Made by a program: the position numbers and the translations under genes
Shown: one piece after another, positions 35,746 to 46,101 of the stretch
Numbering within the stretch: position 1 is the first letter of the stretch
How the letters are laid out: each line of letters begins with the position of its first letter
Virus record (IMG/VR): IMGVR_UViG_3300021961_000019
Direction: 5' to 3' (one strand)
DNA from: a virus
DNA length: 64,000 bases
The notes under the pieces: generated by a model
Told to the model about the DNA's origin: nothing
Database searches by the model: none
What the model saw: the letters and a program-made list of their open reading frames with translations, nothing else

Positions 35746-36570
35746 CTATAATCCAAAAATATTAATAGACCTTTTCTTTCTCCAAAATTCCAAATTTGAA
35801 TATTTTTTTATTGTATTTTGGTCTAGATAATCGGAAATATTTCGACTTACACCTTTTATTTGAGGACGAACTATGTGCATATTTTGAATTCCATATGCAG
35901 CATCATCTTCCACCTCATTTTGCTGAATGCCCTCAAAATTGTGTTCGTAGTGATTTAATTCTAAAAAATCATAAATCAGATTCATGGTTTTTTGTGGGTT
36001 ACTCAGAATATCATCATACTCAACAAATAATAGGTTTTTTTCGTGCCCCCTAGAAATTGCTGCCTGCAGAATACGATAATATTCCCCAACAGATCCTCCT
36101 TTGGACATGAGATACTCACAGCGATTTTCGGTTGTGATGTCCAACCCATTATGAATTAGTGCTTCATCAACATATGATACTCCATCATTTTTATCCAATA
36201 GTGATATAAATGACGATAATATATCCAATATACTTCTAACCGGACAAATAATCTTTGGATTTGTTGCAATTCCAAAATATTCAATTTTATCGATATGAAA
36301 TGGCCATGATCTCGATTTGTCTATGATTATATTCTCCTCACGATCCCAATAAAAGTTATTTGGCATTTCTGAGATGACTTTAAATAGTGAAGTTGGTTTT
36401 GGAAATGCCTTATACTGCTCACTATTCAATAACTCAAACGATGTTGTTGTTATGAGATGTAGTAGTGGTGAGTTTGTACTGGAATATATTTCTGGATTTT
36501 GATTTAAGATTGAAGTTAAAAGAGTGGAACCGGATCTTGGAAGACCGGACATAAAATAAAACGCTTTCAT
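35746..36570 (-). CDS. PAPS-dependent sulfotransferase family protein
   Basis: SGLPRSGSTLL 5'-PSB loop, IIDKSR.W, VRSILDILSS 3'-PB, VEYDD....P. Confidence 0.88.
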   Translation of the reverse strand: MKAFYFMSGLPRSGSTLLTSILNQNPEIYSSTNSPLLHLITTTSFELLNSEQYKAFPKPTSLFKVISEMPNNFYWDREENIIIDKSRSWPFHIDKIEYFGIATNPKIICPVRSILDILSSFISLLDKNDGVSYVDEALIHNGLDITTENRCEYLMSKGGSVGEYYRILQAAISRGHEKNLLFVEYDDILSNPQKTMNLIYDFLELNHYEHNFEGIQQNEVEDDAAYGIQNMHIVRPQIKGVSRNISDYLDQNTIKKYSNLEFWRKKRSINIFGL

Positions 36571-36588
36571 AATATAGTCGTAAAACTA

Positions 36589-38469
36589 TTAAATATTTTG
36601 TATGGCTGCTTGAGCTCCAACTCCAGTTGAAAGTGCAGTTGCTGCGCCGGGAGTTTCTGTAGAAAAATCAAACTCTTGGATCGAAGTTTGTGCAAAAAGA
36701 CCTCCAGCAAGATATCCCTTATAGTTGGATGAAAAGGAAGCCGGTCTTCTTTTGGTTGCCCCGATGGGGGATAGTGTTGTAACTGATTCAGTATTATAAT
36801 CCCATCTCCACACTCTAGATTCGTTCGCTCCAAAATATGGACCACCAGTAACCCAATTATATAAATTATTTTCAAAAGTATTTAATTCATATTTTGAAAC
36901 TGGCATAGTTGTTGGACTTAGATTAAACGATTCAGTTGACCAATCAAATGATCTTATGGCATTAGTTGCCGATCCAGTATCTCCACCAAATGTATATGAC
37001 TTATTGAGTGCTCTAGAACTTGCTGCAGTGGATTGTGACATGTTGGTGGGGTATGTTGTTGGATTTGATGTGGTTTCTGAAGTCATATCAATTCGACGGA
37101 CAAAACTCCTATATGCTCCGGGATATGCCGTTGCCCCACCAACAAAATAACCATAATATGAAGATGCATTCATATATGAATGAACATCAACCAGAGCGCC
37201 ATCAAGAGTTAGTGGCGATGCTATAATTATTTCTGTATTCAAGTCCATTCTACTTATAGAGCTGGTTGATCCAGGAGCATATCCCCCTGCAGTATATGCA
37301 AAACCCTTTCCAAATAGAGCAGTCACAGAATCTCTAGATAGAGTATCTGGGTTTCCGGTTGGAGTGCAAGTATCTGATACAAAATCATATCTTTGCACAA
37401 GACTTGTTCTATTGCTTGACACGTATCCACCAATAGAATATCCATTAACATCATATTCAGGAACTCTTGGAACTCCACCCCCCGCTGAGGCAAATCCACT
37501 TCCACCTCCGGGAGTGAGATTTACAGAATTGCTAAATGTTTCTGTAGTAAAATTGAGTTTACTTACTGTGCTATAGAAAGCTGAGTATGTTGTCTCCGTA
37601 ACTCCTGGGCCATTTCCACCTTGAAGATAACCAAAAGATCTATCACCAACAGACATTCTTCCACGTGCAGCTTGTGGCAAGTTCGTTGATGAACTATATG
37701 TTTCATTGGTATAATCAAATCTGTTCGTATCGGATCTTGGTGATGTGCCCCCGCCACCAAGCATAAATGCAAAATGTTCTGTAGTTGCAGTTGCCCCCTC
37801 AAAAAATAAATTTGTGGGATAGTCTGAAGATGCTGAATATGTGTCTGTTGAAAAATCTAATTTATTGGTATTTGAATATTTTGTCTGGAATGTACTCCAA
37901 ATAGATGCTCCTCCAGTAAAAAATCCATAATCTTTATTTGTGCTAGTCTGCAATAAAACTCTAGATCCCGGATAATTTGATGTTGGTGATATAGTTTCTG
38001 TGGAATAATCAAATTTATTTGTGTTTGAATATCCCAAAGCAGTAATTCCGCCGCCAGCACCATATGCATACGCCTCACCCGACACACCACCAATATGAGA
38101 TCGGGCAGCTGGCCAATTTTGTGGAATTGAGACGACATCACTTGTCAAATCCAATCTCTGTATTTGTGAAGTTGCAGTTGTTCCTGATGGCCAGCCGCCC
38201 ATAAACCATCCAAATCTTTGCTTGCAGGCTGCTGCAGATCCCTGTCGGGCAGTTGCTATTGGATTGTTTCCCAAATCTATTGCAGTATCTGATGAAAAAT
38301 CGATTCTATGAATATCACTTCCAGCGGTGGCAGGGCCATCTATATTTCCCACCCAAATTCCATATTCTGCCTCCGCTGGCCAATAGTTGTCTGCAGATCT
38401 AGCGGTATTCAGTATCTGCTGATTATAAACATCGCTCAGACCAAATACTGTTCCAATTACTCTAGGCAT
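36589..38469 (-). CDS. Kelch-like multi-blade beta-propeller protein (~12 repeats)
   Basis: Repeated G(Y/F).GG......S...R.DF(S/T).(D/E)T units about 45-50 aa apart, in two blocks. Confidence 0.8.
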   Translation of the reverse strand: MPRVIGTVFGLSDVYNQQILNTARSADNYWPAEAEYGIWVGNIDGPATAGSDIHRIDFSSDTAIDLGNNPIATARQGSAAACKQRFGWFMGGWPSGTTATSQIQRLDLTSDVVSIPQNWPAARSHIGGVSGEAYAYGAGGGITALGYSNTNKFDYSTETISPTSNYPGSRVLLQTSTNKDYGFFTGGASIWSTFQTKYSNTNKLDFSTDTYSASSDYPTNLFFEGATATTEHFAFMLGGGGTSPRSDTNRFDYTNETYSSSTNLPQAARGRMSVGDRSFGYLQGGNGPGVTETTYSAFYSTVSKLNFTTETFSNSVNLTPGGGSGFASAGGGVPRVPEYDVNGYSIGGYVSSNRTSLVQRYDFVSDTCTPTGNPDTLSRDSVTALFGKGFAYTAGGYAPGSTSSISRMDLNTEIIIASPLTLDGALVDVHSYMNASSYYGYFVGGATAYPGAYRSFVRRIDMTSETTSNPTTYPTNMSQSTAASSRALNKSYTFGGDTGSATNAIRSFDWSTESFNLSPTTMPVSKYELNTFENNLYNWVTGGPYFGANESRVWRWDYNTESVTTLSPIGATKRRPASFSSNYKGYLAGGLFAQTSIQEFDFSTETPGAATALSTGVGAQAAIQNI

Positions 38470-39304
38470 TTTCTTGAATTAGATCTTGATTGAATAGACT
38501 TTTAATTTTGGGGGCAGTCCCTGCAATTTGCTCATTTTTTGGAGACTGTAGCATCATCTGCTCCAATCCACATATCTCATGAATGCCTTCAGCAACATTT
38601 TTTTGTAGAGCATTTAAGAATTCCATTGGATTTTTTGGATCACCAAAATCACCCTTCACTCTATTTACATCATCATCAAGGACAGTTGGTGAACTTGCTC
38701 TGCGCATAGAACGAATATTTCCAGCATTCACTCCAGTCTTGACAGCAAGAAGTTCGTCAAGAGCCTGACTGGACAAACGACGCTCCCAATATTTTGGTTG
38801 ATCTTCAATGAATTGTTCTCTGGTCACTGGTCCACCATTGAGTTCAATCAGACGTTCGATAATTCTATCGAAGAATTGTAATTCCTCTAAAGCAGATTTA
38901 AAACCAAAGATCTGAACATCCATGAATCTATTATATTCAAATTCATCAATATCATACCAACACAAAACTTCGCCACCATGACCTTTCCACCACAGTGGTT
39001 GAGTTTTATCTTTACCTTCCCACTTGTAGAAAAACTCTCTTGATTTCTTCTTGGCTTCAATAATCTCAACCATCATGTTCTCAGCAACACTCTTTCTGTT
39101 TACAATTGCTGCTTTGAATGCTGACGGTAGAGTATAACTATCATGAATGATGAATTTCTCTATCTGGAAATTTGTTCTGTTCTGAGTTAATTCCTTTTCA
39201 ATTTCATCCCACTTATTGCACTCAGATAGAATTTTAAAGAGATATTCGTTGTCGTCATCAACTACATCTCTTGCCGAAGAAATTTGCAAATCGTTTTCAC
39301 TCAT
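38462..39304 (-). CDS. Helical hypothetical protein coupled to the propeller gene
   Basis: RTNFQIEKFII, YWERRLSSQ; 8-nt overlap with propeller gene; ATAAATA upstream. Confidence 0.75.
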   Translation of the reverse strand: MSENDLQISSARDVVDDDNEYLFKILSECNKWDEIEKELTQNRTNFQIEKFIIHDSYTLPSAFKAAIVNRKSVAENMMVEIIEAKKKSREFFYKWEGKDKTQPLWWKGHGGEVLCWYDIDEFEYNRFMDVQIFGFKSALEELQFFDRIIERLIELNGGPVTREQFIEDQPKYWERRLSSQALDELLAVKTGVNAGNIRSMRRASSPTVLDDDVNRVKGDFGDPKNPMEFLNALQKNVAEGIHEICGLEQMMLQSPKNEQIAGTAPKIKSLFNQDLIQENA

Positions 39305-39327
39305 AACAATCACTATTACTACTCTTT

Positions 39328-40257
39328 TTATTTATTAGTCAAAATAACGTTCTTCCAATATGATGCTATTTTTTTCCAATCATACCAATATCGCGTAATA
39401 TCGGACAAATCTTTGGTTGCGGCATAAAATGTCTGTGGTTCTAAGTCAAAATAATGAAAACAATCACACAACATTCTTGAGAAATCTTCAACAAAAATAT
39501 CATTAACCACCCAACCACGATTGCTATTTTTGCCATTCATTTTAATATACTTTCCCCGATCAAATGAAATTTCTCTAAGTGCTCCAATATCACTAACGAT
39601 TGGAAAGCATCCAGATGCCATTGCCTCTGCCATTGAGACACAAAATGTTTCTTCCCACACATTTGGGTGAACGAAGAATGCAGCATCCTTTACATGTTCC
39701 ACAAGATCATTTCTATCAATACATGGAGAGTATAGAACATTTGGAAGGGATTTCAATTCCTCAATTGCTCTCATCATAAATCCATCCTCATGATCATGGT
39801 TTTTGCAATTACCATACAAATCCATGGATGAGAATACTTTTAAATTTGCATCTGGGTGTTTACTAATAACTCTTTTCCAAATTTCTGGTAGTGGAACTAT
39901 TCCTTTATGTGGCGCAGAAAAGAATATTGCCGTTTTTGATTTTCTATTGAGTGGTGGAGCAAACATGGGATCTACTCCATTTGGAATAACAACTATTTTA
40001 TTTTCTGGTGCCCGATTGAATCTAACAAATTGGTTCTTTGCCCACGTGGATGGACATACAATCAAATCTATTTCATTAATTACTTCTGGCAAATTGTGAT
40101 GAACAAATTGATCACAATTATCATGTGCCCATATGATTTTATATCTTTTGGTTGATCTGTAAGCCTCTTCCGTAGTTCTTACAATATCAACATCATTTGG
40201 TTTATTGAGATGTTGGAAGAGATAGTAAAACGATGTTTCAGTTGCCCCAGATTTCAT
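39328..40257 (-). CDS. GT-B glycosyltransferase (GT4-like)
   Basis: GATET, IIWAHD, IVCPSTW, VIPNGVD, FVHPN.WEETFCVSMAEAMASGC.PI.SD.GAL.E; start trimmed. Confidence 0.9.
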   Translation of the reverse strand: MKSGATETSFYYLFQHLNKPNDVDIVRTTEEAYRSTKRYKIIWAHDNCDQFVHHNLPEVINEIDLIVCPSTWAKNQFVRFNRAPENKIVVIPNGVDPMFAPPLNRKSKTAIFFSAPHKGIVPLPEIWKRVISKHPDANLKVFSSMDLYGNCKNHDHEDGFMMRAIEELKSLPNVLYSPCIDRNDLVEHVKDAAFFVHPNVWEETFCVSMAEAMASGCFPIVSDIGALREISFDRGKYIKMNGKNSNRGWVVNDIFVEDFSRMLCDCFHYFDLEPQTFYAATKDLSDITRYWYDWKKIASYWKNVILTNK

Positions 40258-40259
40258 AA

Positions 40260-40919
40260 TTAACTTCCAAAAACATGTGAACCAACATGCAATAGTGAAA
40301 TTGATGTGTCCAACCAAACATCATATCCCACACTTCTTGCTCTTTCAAAGAATGAAAAATCTTCAGGTAAGTATGCATTATTCTTTTTCATCTCATGGAA
40401 AAAGTGGTATGAATTGTGATATTCACGCTCAGTAATTTCTGGACCTATTGTGGCATTCAAAGGTGGGAAAAATTTCAACTCTTCACCATACCTATGAATA
40501 ATTTTTAGAAAAACATTCCGATGTATTAATGCAAATCCAAATCCTATTCTATTAATTTGCACTAAATTTCCCTCACGAACAATCGGTTGCTTAAAATCGT
40601 AGTTATATTCTAAAGGAATTTTTTTCATTGGATATGCACCACAAACAATATCCTTACCACTTCTTAGCAATTTAAATACATCTTCGGACAAAAAACCAAC
40701 ATCTGCATCAATAAACAATATCCATTCAAAATCGGTATTGTTTATGAAATGATTTGCAATTTTAGATCTTCCTTTTGTGATTAGAGATTCGTTTGATAGT
40801 AATAAAAGTCCATGATCTATTTGGTGGGTTCGCAACTCCTTACCCAACAAAAATAATCCTTTGGTTGTTTTATCGCTCACAAGACCACCGTAACATGGCA
40901 TCGCTATCATTAAAGACAT
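40260..40919 (-). CDS. GT-A-like glycosyltransferase
   Basis: IAMPCYGG, ESLITKGR, LFIDAD (DxD), GFGFALIHRNVF, LPEDFSF..R....G..VW.D. Confidence 0.8.
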   Translation of the reverse strand: MSLMIAMPCYGGLVSDKTTKGLFLLGKELRTHQIDHGLLLLSNESLITKGRSKIANHFINNTDFEWILFIDADVGFLSEDVFKLLRSGKDIVCGAYPMKKIPLEYNYDFKQPIVREGNLVQINRIGFGFALIHRNVFLKIIHRYGEELKFFPPLNATIGPEITEREYHNSYHFFHEMKKNNAYLPEDFSFFERARSVGYDVWLDTSISLLHVGSHVFGS

Positions 40920-40935
40920 TATGTTTTTTTATCTA

Positions 40936-43428
40936 TTAGTATGTTTTGCCAGCAATTCTTACTGCCATTCCGTCAGCACTACCAGAGACTCTAAGTGAAT
41001 CATCAATTGCCAGATATTTAGGTTTTGATATAACATCAACTACAGAATTTTTTGGAACCGTGAGTGATTTGCACAAGTATCCCAATCTAGTCCCACCCCT
41101 AAAGATTGATACAGTAACATCAACATCACTTGAGAGATTATAATTTGTTGCAGAAATTGTCTCTACAACAGTTTGACTAGATGCAGTATATATGGATTGA
41201 TCTGTGGAAGTGATGGTTGCTCCAGTGCCAATATATGCCGTGTCTGTTTTTTCTGTCCACACTATAAACGCATCCATACCACTATTGACACCATTCGCAG
41301 TAGATGCAACACCATCCATTGCTTGAAGTCTTAATGTATCTGATGGATTAAATACAACTGGATTTTCTAGAAGTTCTAATGCTCCCTGATATGGAATAAC
41401 TACTCTTTGTGCGATAGGGACATTTGTAAATCCACTAAAATCGTGCCTAGAGACAACATATAGGTCTTTTGTGTCAATATTTGCCAACTGTATTGACTCT
41501 ACGATATATCGTTTTCCTGCCGTTGCTGGGAATGTATATGCTACTCCTGGTCCAATAAAAATGTTATTATCTTCTGTCTGATTTGCACCAATTCCAGATG
41601 TTACACTATGATAAAGTGATGTAGTAATTCCGGTATTAAATGTTCCCCCATCACCTCCACCACCAGATGCAGATCCAGTGACAGTAACAATACCGGCAAC
41701 GGGTGTGGAAACTGTGAGATTGTCGCCAAAGTCAATTGTGGTTACAGAAGTTCCTACTATGGATTGATTGTCCCATACCACTATAGATCCACCAGCCCCT
41801 GTGGCATCGGCGTCATTGACCCACACAGATCCATTATACTTTAGAACTTGTCCGGTTGTTGGTGATGAGAGTGTTACGTCGGTCAGGTCATTTAATGCTG
41901 AGGCACCACCACCACCTCCGCCAGATCCACCGGTATATTCGATTGATTCGATTGTGAATGTTGAATAATCTAAAAGAACAACAGTTGTATCTGTTCCAGC
42001 ATATCTTACGGATCTGAGTTCGAGAGTGTCATTTGCTGCCAAATTCATGACAAGCTGCTTCGATGCAGTATCTCCGCCGTTGGCGGCGCTTCTGTTATAC
42101 ATGTATGATCTGGACGCAGTAACCTCGCCAGATCCATTCAATCTCAGATAAACATAAGTTCCACTTCTTGCACTTCCACTTGTAACATCAGTCGAAACGC
42201 TATAATGGATTAAATATCTACCCGCATTTATAACAGTAACCACTCCAGTTGCACTTACTGTAAAATCTCCAGTTCCGGAACTTTGTCCAGTAGTATCCAA
42301 ATCTACAGTAACTTCCGTTGTATTTGTTTGTGATCCGGCACCGTATGTTGTGATATGTTTATGTGTAGAAACTCCAGCAGATCCTCCTTGTGCTGCCCAA
42401 GAAACGCCAGCACCAGTAGATGTTAGAACATAAGTATCTGATCCAAGTGAATTGTTGATGTCATAAAGACCAGCATCTATATAAATGTTTCCACCAAAAG
42501 TAGAAACTCCAGTAACATTCAGAGTTGATGTGGTTGTCTGACCAGATACGAGAACTCCAGCAATTGATGTTTCAAATTTCTTGACATTATCATAATAAAG
42601 ATCAACCGGACCATCTGAGGTCATTACTGCCTTTGTTTCTGTTGTAGCAGAATTTGTGAATACAATATTTGCATCCCCAGCAAGATAAAGATCCCCACCT
42701 CCTTGATCTACGATAATGGAATTGAATCCATTATGGTAGAAAACCATGTCCGCACTATCACCAAATCTAAATTGTGCATTATCTGGAAATTCTAGTGAAT
42801 TTTCCGAAGCATCCCATAGAAGTGTATATGTTGCGCCAGTAAATGATACGTCACCATAGAAGGTTGTTGCGCCAGAAACATTAACCTGTTTGGCAAAAAG
42901 GTCGGATCCAGTTACGGTAGTTAATCCGGCAAAAGTAGAAACTCCAGATATATTCAGATTTGTGTCATTAATCCAAGCAGATCCGGTATACCTCAAGATA
43001 TTATCTTGAGTTGCGGATGTAATAGTAACATCGGTGAGGTCATTTAATGCTGATGCACCACCAGATGCTGAGGTCCAACTTACACCAGATCCAGTAGATG
43101 TTAGAACTTGTGTGTCAGTTCCAGCAGAATTGTTGAAATCGTAAAGTGCTCCACGAAATCGCGAGGTGCCATTTACGTCCAACAATCGGGTCGCGGCAGT
43201 CGTTCCTACACCAACATTTCCAACAGTAAAGGTAATGTCATATGCACTAGTACCAAATCCAATATCCCATGGATTAACGGCAATGACCGATGTGATTCCT
43301 GCAGTTTTCTCTATGAAAACTTTTCCATCTGCACTATTGATAGCAAATTCTCCTGGTAAGACATCTGCTATAGTTGGTATTTTCCCAGATACTGAGGATC
43401 TTTTTACCCGAATAATTGGATCTGCCAT
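40936..43428 (-). CDS. Modular tail-fibre-like protein
   Basis: IRVKRSS..GKIP......GE.AIN..DGK.F N-terminus; SGVSTF and LNDLTDVT..W.ND repeats; C1q/BclA-like middle domain; duplicated C-terminal domain. Confidence 0.8.
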   Translation of the reverse strand: MADPIIRVKRSSVSGKIPTIADVLPGEFAINSADGKVFIEKTAGITSVIAVNPWDIGFGTSAYDITFTVGNVGVGTTAATRLLDVNGTSRFRGALYDFNNSAGTDTQVLTSTGSGVSWTSASGGASALNDLTDVTITSATQDNILRYTGSAWINDTNLNISGVSTFAGLTTVTGSDLFAKQVNVSGATTFYGDVSFTGATYTLLWDASENSLEFPDNAQFRFGDSADMVFYHNGFNSIIVDQGGGDLYLAGDANIVFTNSATTETKAVMTSDGPVDLYYDNVKKFETSIAGVLVSGQTTTSTLNVTGVSTFGGNIYIDAGLYDINNSLGSDTYVLTSTGAGVSWAAQGGSAGVSTHKHITTYGAGSQTNTTEVTVDLDTTGQSSGTGDFTVSATGVVTVINAGRYLIHYSVSTDVTSGSARSGTYVYLRLNGSGEVTASRSYMYNRSAANGGDTASKQLVMNLAANDTLELRSVRYAGTDTTVVLLDYSTFTIESIEYTGGSGGGGGGASALNDLTDVTLSSPTTGQVLKYNGSVWVNDADATGAGGSIVVWDNQSIVGTSVTTIDFGDNLTVSTPVAGIVTVTGSASGGGGDGGTFNTGITTSLYHSVTSGIGANQTEDNNIFIGPGVAYTFPATAGKRYIVESIQLANIDTKDLYVVSRHDFSGFTNVPIAQRVVIPYQGALELLENPVVFNPSDTLRLQAMDGVASTANGVNSGMDAFIVWTEKTDTAYIGTGATITSTDQSIYTASSQTVVETISATNYNLSSDVDVTVSIFRGGTRLGYLCKSLTVPKNSVVDVISKPKYLAIDDSLRVSGSADGMAVRIAGKTY
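41873..43107. repeat. Dispersed direct repeats inside the fibre gene
   Basis: 41873-41910 vs 43025-43062 (34/38); 42412-42428 = 43091-43107 (17 bp); 42495-42512 = 42930-42947 (18 bp). Confidence 0.8.
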
Positions 43429-43494
43429 TATTTAAAAAAAGCGGTATATACCTGCAAAACTCAATATTTATTGAGTATTATCTGAGGTATTTAT

Positions 43495-43740
43495 TCAAAA
43501 ATCATCCTGGGTTTTTGAACCGCGTTTTTTTGTTGTTGAACTGGATTCTTCCCTAACCACAACTAATTGTGCCTGGGCCTGTGCAAGTGCTTCTCTTAGT
43601 TGCGCAGATTCCGTTGCAAGTGCTTCAAATTTTTTCTGAAGACTATTAATCTGGGTCTCATAAACAATATTGGCGTTAAAAAGTTCAAATGCCTTTTGCT
43701 GATATGTGGCAATCACGGCTTTCAAGTCTTCTTCGTTCAT
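43495..43740 (-). CDS. Small coiled-coil protein
   Basis: Heptad pattern, 81 aa, between two fibre genes. Confidence 0.75.
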   Translation of the reverse strand: MNEEDLKAVIATYQQKAFELFNANIVYETQINSLQKKFEALATESAQLREALAQAQAQLVVVREESSSTTKKRGSKTQDDF

Positions 43741-43772
43741 AAAAAAGGGGAGCGAATTACTCCCCTATTTAT
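43741..43772 (-). terminator. Intrinsic terminator overlapped by a late promoter
   Basis: ATAAATA-GGGGAG-taattcg-CTCCCC-TTTTTT-ATG on the minus strand. Confidence 0.7.
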
Positions 43773-43792
43773 CAAGTTTTTGGTGATGAATT

Positions 43793-45586
43793 TTAGAACG
43801 TTCCACCATCTACAACTATATTTTGAAGCTCTCTCTGCGATGTGCCACCATTATAAGTAATAACAGCAGTCTGGCCAGCAGTATCATTAATCCAGAGTTC
43901 TCCAATTTCAACTGATGCCCATGCCGCAACAGTTAGAACGTTTGACGATTCTGTAACGGATTGCGCAATAGCAACTCTGGTTGCACTATCATCCCAGAAA
44001 ATAGCAGCTCTTCTGAGTTGAGTGTCATACCAATTCATTATAATACCAAGATCCTTATTAAGATCGGATCCTGGTGCAGAACCATCAACAACTCCAAGTT
44101 CAACTAGAGCGTCTTCAACAGTGAGTGAAGTTGTATTTACTTGAGTTGTGCTTCCATTAACAAACAGATCACCAGTAACGGTCAGGTTTTGTGATGCTGT
44201 GATATTACCAGAAGTGTCAATAGTCGCCGCTTGAGTGTTGTTTGTGTGGCGAATTGTTGCAGTATATAATGTTGGAGCAGTTAAACCAGTTCCAACAGTT
44301 ACTTCTGCTGGAAGACCATAAGTAACTGATTGTCCAGAAACAGTTACATCAATTTCATTTGCAGTTCCGTTGAATGTAAGTGTTTGTGAAGTTGATACTG
44401 AACCGGTGCCGCTGCCATTAGTACCACCAGCAGTGTCAATGGTGAGGTCAATTCCAGAAATGCTGTTATCAACATATGCTTTGATGGATTGTTGAGTTGC
44501 AAGTGCAGTAGCACTATTCTCAGTCATCGCATCATTATCATAAACTGTTGTAATACCAACAGCAGATGCATCACTACCAAACTTGGTGGTTGCGCCAGGA
44601 GTAACACCCAGTACGGTGTTGGCAGTTACGGTTAAGTCGCCACCAATAGTGACATTATTTGGAAGACCAACTGTTACTGTGGAACCTGATGCAGAGGTCT
44701 CAATTTCGTTTGTAGTACCAGCAATAGTGAGAATGTGGTTGGATGGAATTGCATCACCACTATCTGTTGTTGCACGATTTAGGAATGTTGATCCAAGAGA
44801 AACTGCACCAGATGTTACTGAGAAATCTCCCAGAGCAAACGATGCAATACCTTTATTTGAATCGGTTGCATCTTCACCAGCAACTGTGATTGTTTGTGAG
44901 GCATGGGTTACATCCATACCTTCTCCACCAAGAATGGAGAATGCGTGGCCAGATGGTGTCAGAGCACCGGAGTCTGTTGTTACAGACTTAACAACAGTGT
45001 CCTCAAGAGTTACTGCACCAGAAGTAACATCAAAATCCGCAGAGTCGAATGATGCAACACCCTTTGTGGTTGTCGTTGCATCGAGACCTTGATATGTTAC
45101 TGTATTTGGAGAACCAGATGCAGTAGCAACGGTAAGTCCAGTTCCCGCAACAGTCTTGAATTCGATGGTTTCGCCATCATCAATTTGGGCATTATTGGCG
45201 GGATTTCCATCACCAATATTGAAGTTTGCAAATCCACCAGCAGGGGATTCCCATGTTAGGTTTCCTGAACCATCAACCTTAAGGAAGTTGCCAGCGGAAA
45301 TTGTACCAGGCCAGGTGTATGTTATATCACCTGCAAGAGTATCTGGGGATTTGTGTGCAATGTAATTGTCACCATTGCCACTTCCCTCAACAATACGGAC
45401 AGAAGATCCTGTAGAGGGTGTTTCACGATTCCAGTATCGAGCAGCACCAATTAGTGCATGAGTAGAACCTGTGCCAACGTAAAGTTCTAGTTCATCCGTT
45501 GTAAATATCGGTTCACCTGCTAGTTTAGAGGCTGCACCAATAGCGGTTTGTGCGCCTCTTTTAAACTGAATAGTTGGTGCGGCCAT
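43793..45586 (-). CDS. Tail fibre/virion structural protein
   Basis: [12 protein letters not shown]-terminus; DAT...KG.ASF...DF.V.SGAV repeats; V.GDL.VNG.TT.VN...L.VED. Confidence 0.8.
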   Translation of the reverse strand: MAAPTIQFKRGAQTAIGAASKLAGEPIFTTDELELYVGTGSTHALIGAARYWNRETPSTGSSVRIVEGSGNGDNYIAHKSPDTLAGDITYTWPGTISAGNFLKVDGSGNLTWESPAGGFANFNIGDGNPANNAQIDDGETIEFKTVAGTGLTVATASGSPNTVTYQGLDATTTTKGVASFDSADFDVTSGAVTLEDTVVKSVTTDSGALTPSGHAFSILGGEGMDVTHASQTITVAGEDATDSNKGIASFALGDFSVTSGAVSLGSTFLNRATTDSGDAIPSNHILTIAGTTNEIETSASGSTVTVGLPNNVTIGGDLTVTANTVLGVTPGATTKFGSDASAVGITTVYDNDAMTENSATALATQQSIKAYVDNSISGIDLTIDTAGGTNGSGTGSVSTSQTLTFNGTANEIDVTVSGQSVTYGLPAEVTVGTGLTAPTLYTATIRHTNNTQAATIDTSGNITASQNLTVTGDLFVNGSTTQVNTTSLTVEDALVELGVVDGSAPGSDLNKDLGIIMNWYDTQLRRAAIFWDDSATRVAIAQSVTESSNVLTVAAWASVEIGELWINDTAGQTAVITYNGGTSQRELQNIVVDGGTF

Positions 45587-45630
45587 TTGTTACTTCCTTA
45601 CAAGTTTACTATCCTATTGATATTTAGTTT

Positions 45631-46101
45631 TTAGAAAGTTCCTGCATCTATATCAATGCGATCATCGAGATCAACATCCAAAGTATTAACAAAGTCTGCT
45701 GGAAGTCCTGGTTGAATTGTTTCTGTATTTGATGATGCACTAAGAACAACGTCAGGATTTACATCCCTCCACTTTCCAGTTGCCTGGTCATACATCAAAA
45801 CATACTTATCATTGGTTCCACTGATTTCTACGTCTTGAAGATCGTTGATGGTTGCCACGTCCGTTCCTATCGATACGTTTACATCAATTGAACATGACAA
45901 ATTAACCTTATACTTGGTTGGTGATATTGGTTTTACAGAAAAAACCGATCCATCAATTACTGTTGTCGCCTTTCTACTACCACTAATGTGTTTTCCAGTT
46001 AGATTATGTGTCCCAACACCAACTTGAATTAATGGGGTTGTGGGTAAAGCAGATTTGATTGAGTATGCATATGGGGATGATTGTCCCACTTTTATGGTCA
46101 T
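45631..46101 (-). CDS. Virion structural protein (fibre-type repeat)
   Basis: INDLQDV..SG...KYVL.YD..TGKW; ends IDAGTF. Confidence 0.75.
   Translation of the reverse strand: MTIKVGQSSPYAYSIKSALPTTPLIQVGVGTHNLTGKHISGSRKATTVIDGSVFSVKPISPTKYKVNLSCSIDVNVSIGTDVATINDLQDVEISGTNDKYVLMYDQATGKWRDVNPDVVLSASSNTETIQPGLPADFVNTLDVDLDDRIDIDAGTF

Noticed and set aside
39328-40317. Frameshift fusion of the two glycosyltransferases
   Set aside because: The open 60-nt upstream extension is short, a normal ATG lies 3 nt after the upstream stop, and no slippery heptamer is evident.
36567-43428. Possible diversity-generating retroelement target in the propeller or fibre genes
   Set aside because: No reverse transcriptase in the window and no ~100-bp repeat pair differing only at adenines.
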